Shown here in pieces: positions 63,811-64,000 of a DNA stretch of 64,000 bases; position 1 is the stretch's first letter; each line of letters opens with the position of its first letter. This DNA comes from Hydrolagus colliei. Taxonomy: Eukaryota. The notes beneath the pieces were generated by a model that saw only the letters and a program-made list of their open reading frames with translations, was not told the DNA's origin and made no database searches. The position numbers and the translations under genes are program-made. Location of the stretch: the NCBI GenBank assembly GCA_035084275.1, contig CM068759.1:2418001-2482000 (forward strand), given 5' to 3'.

Positions 63811-63975
63811 TTCGCTTTGCAAATTTTCTGGTGCTCAACCTGTGTGCCTGGTTTAGATTTTCTTCCCTTTTTGTCGGTGATCTCTCTGTTCGGCTTCAGT
63901 CAAGCCACTAGAGGGAGTTCTATTGTTGTGGTAACTATGGCTCAAGGAAACGCAAGTCAAGAAGTGTTGGTGGCT
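63811..63975 (-). pseudogene. Candidate upstream exon relic
   Basis: GTATGT donor and exon-like purine-rich composition; no motif match. Confidence 0.25.
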
Positions 63976-64000
63976 TATTGATGGGCTGGTATAATAATAA

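Larger units (their letters stand above)
66..63975 (-). pseudogene. KIAA0825-like: Decayed multi-exon KIAA0825-like (DUF4495-family) gene with internally repeated units; probably extends beyond the window
   Basis: About 30 minus-strand segments, many bounded by pyrimidine tract+AG and GT donors. Translations match recalled human KIAA0825 motifs in collinear order. Many in-frame stops, frameshifts and TE insertions. By-eye alignment only. Confidence 0.7.

Noticed and set aside
1-64000. CRISPR array or prokaryotic system
   Set aside because: Vertebrate DNA with no regularly spaced repeat-spacer structure or operon-like ORF density.

Overview
AT-rich vertebrate genomic DNA. The repeat content points to a cartilaginous fish, most likely a chimaera such as Callorhinchus (inferred): tRNA-head/Deu-domain/L2-tail SINEs, L2 and CR1 3' ends, and a shark-type Penelope terminus. 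I found no intact protein-coding gene. The main signal is a decayed multi-exon gene on the minus strand spanning the whole window. Its roughly 30 exon relics carry stops, frameshifts and transposon insertions but often keep AG/GT splice sites. Aligned by eye to human KIAA0825 (DUF4495 family, sequence recalled from memory, no search run), the relics match collinearly and repeatedly: full unit (63.3-37.1 kb), half unit (36.8-34.5 kb), full unit (34.3-9.1 kb), half unit (8.8-3.9 kb), then a third unit running off the window start. This suggests a fossil of an ancient, internally multiplied KIAA0825-like gene or tandem array. The introns hold enhancer-like blocks, a Penelope-type minimal hammerhead ribozyme motif, nested transposon insertions, an 82-bp templated insertion and two strong hairpins. 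Exon boundaries are approximate where no splice site is quoted.
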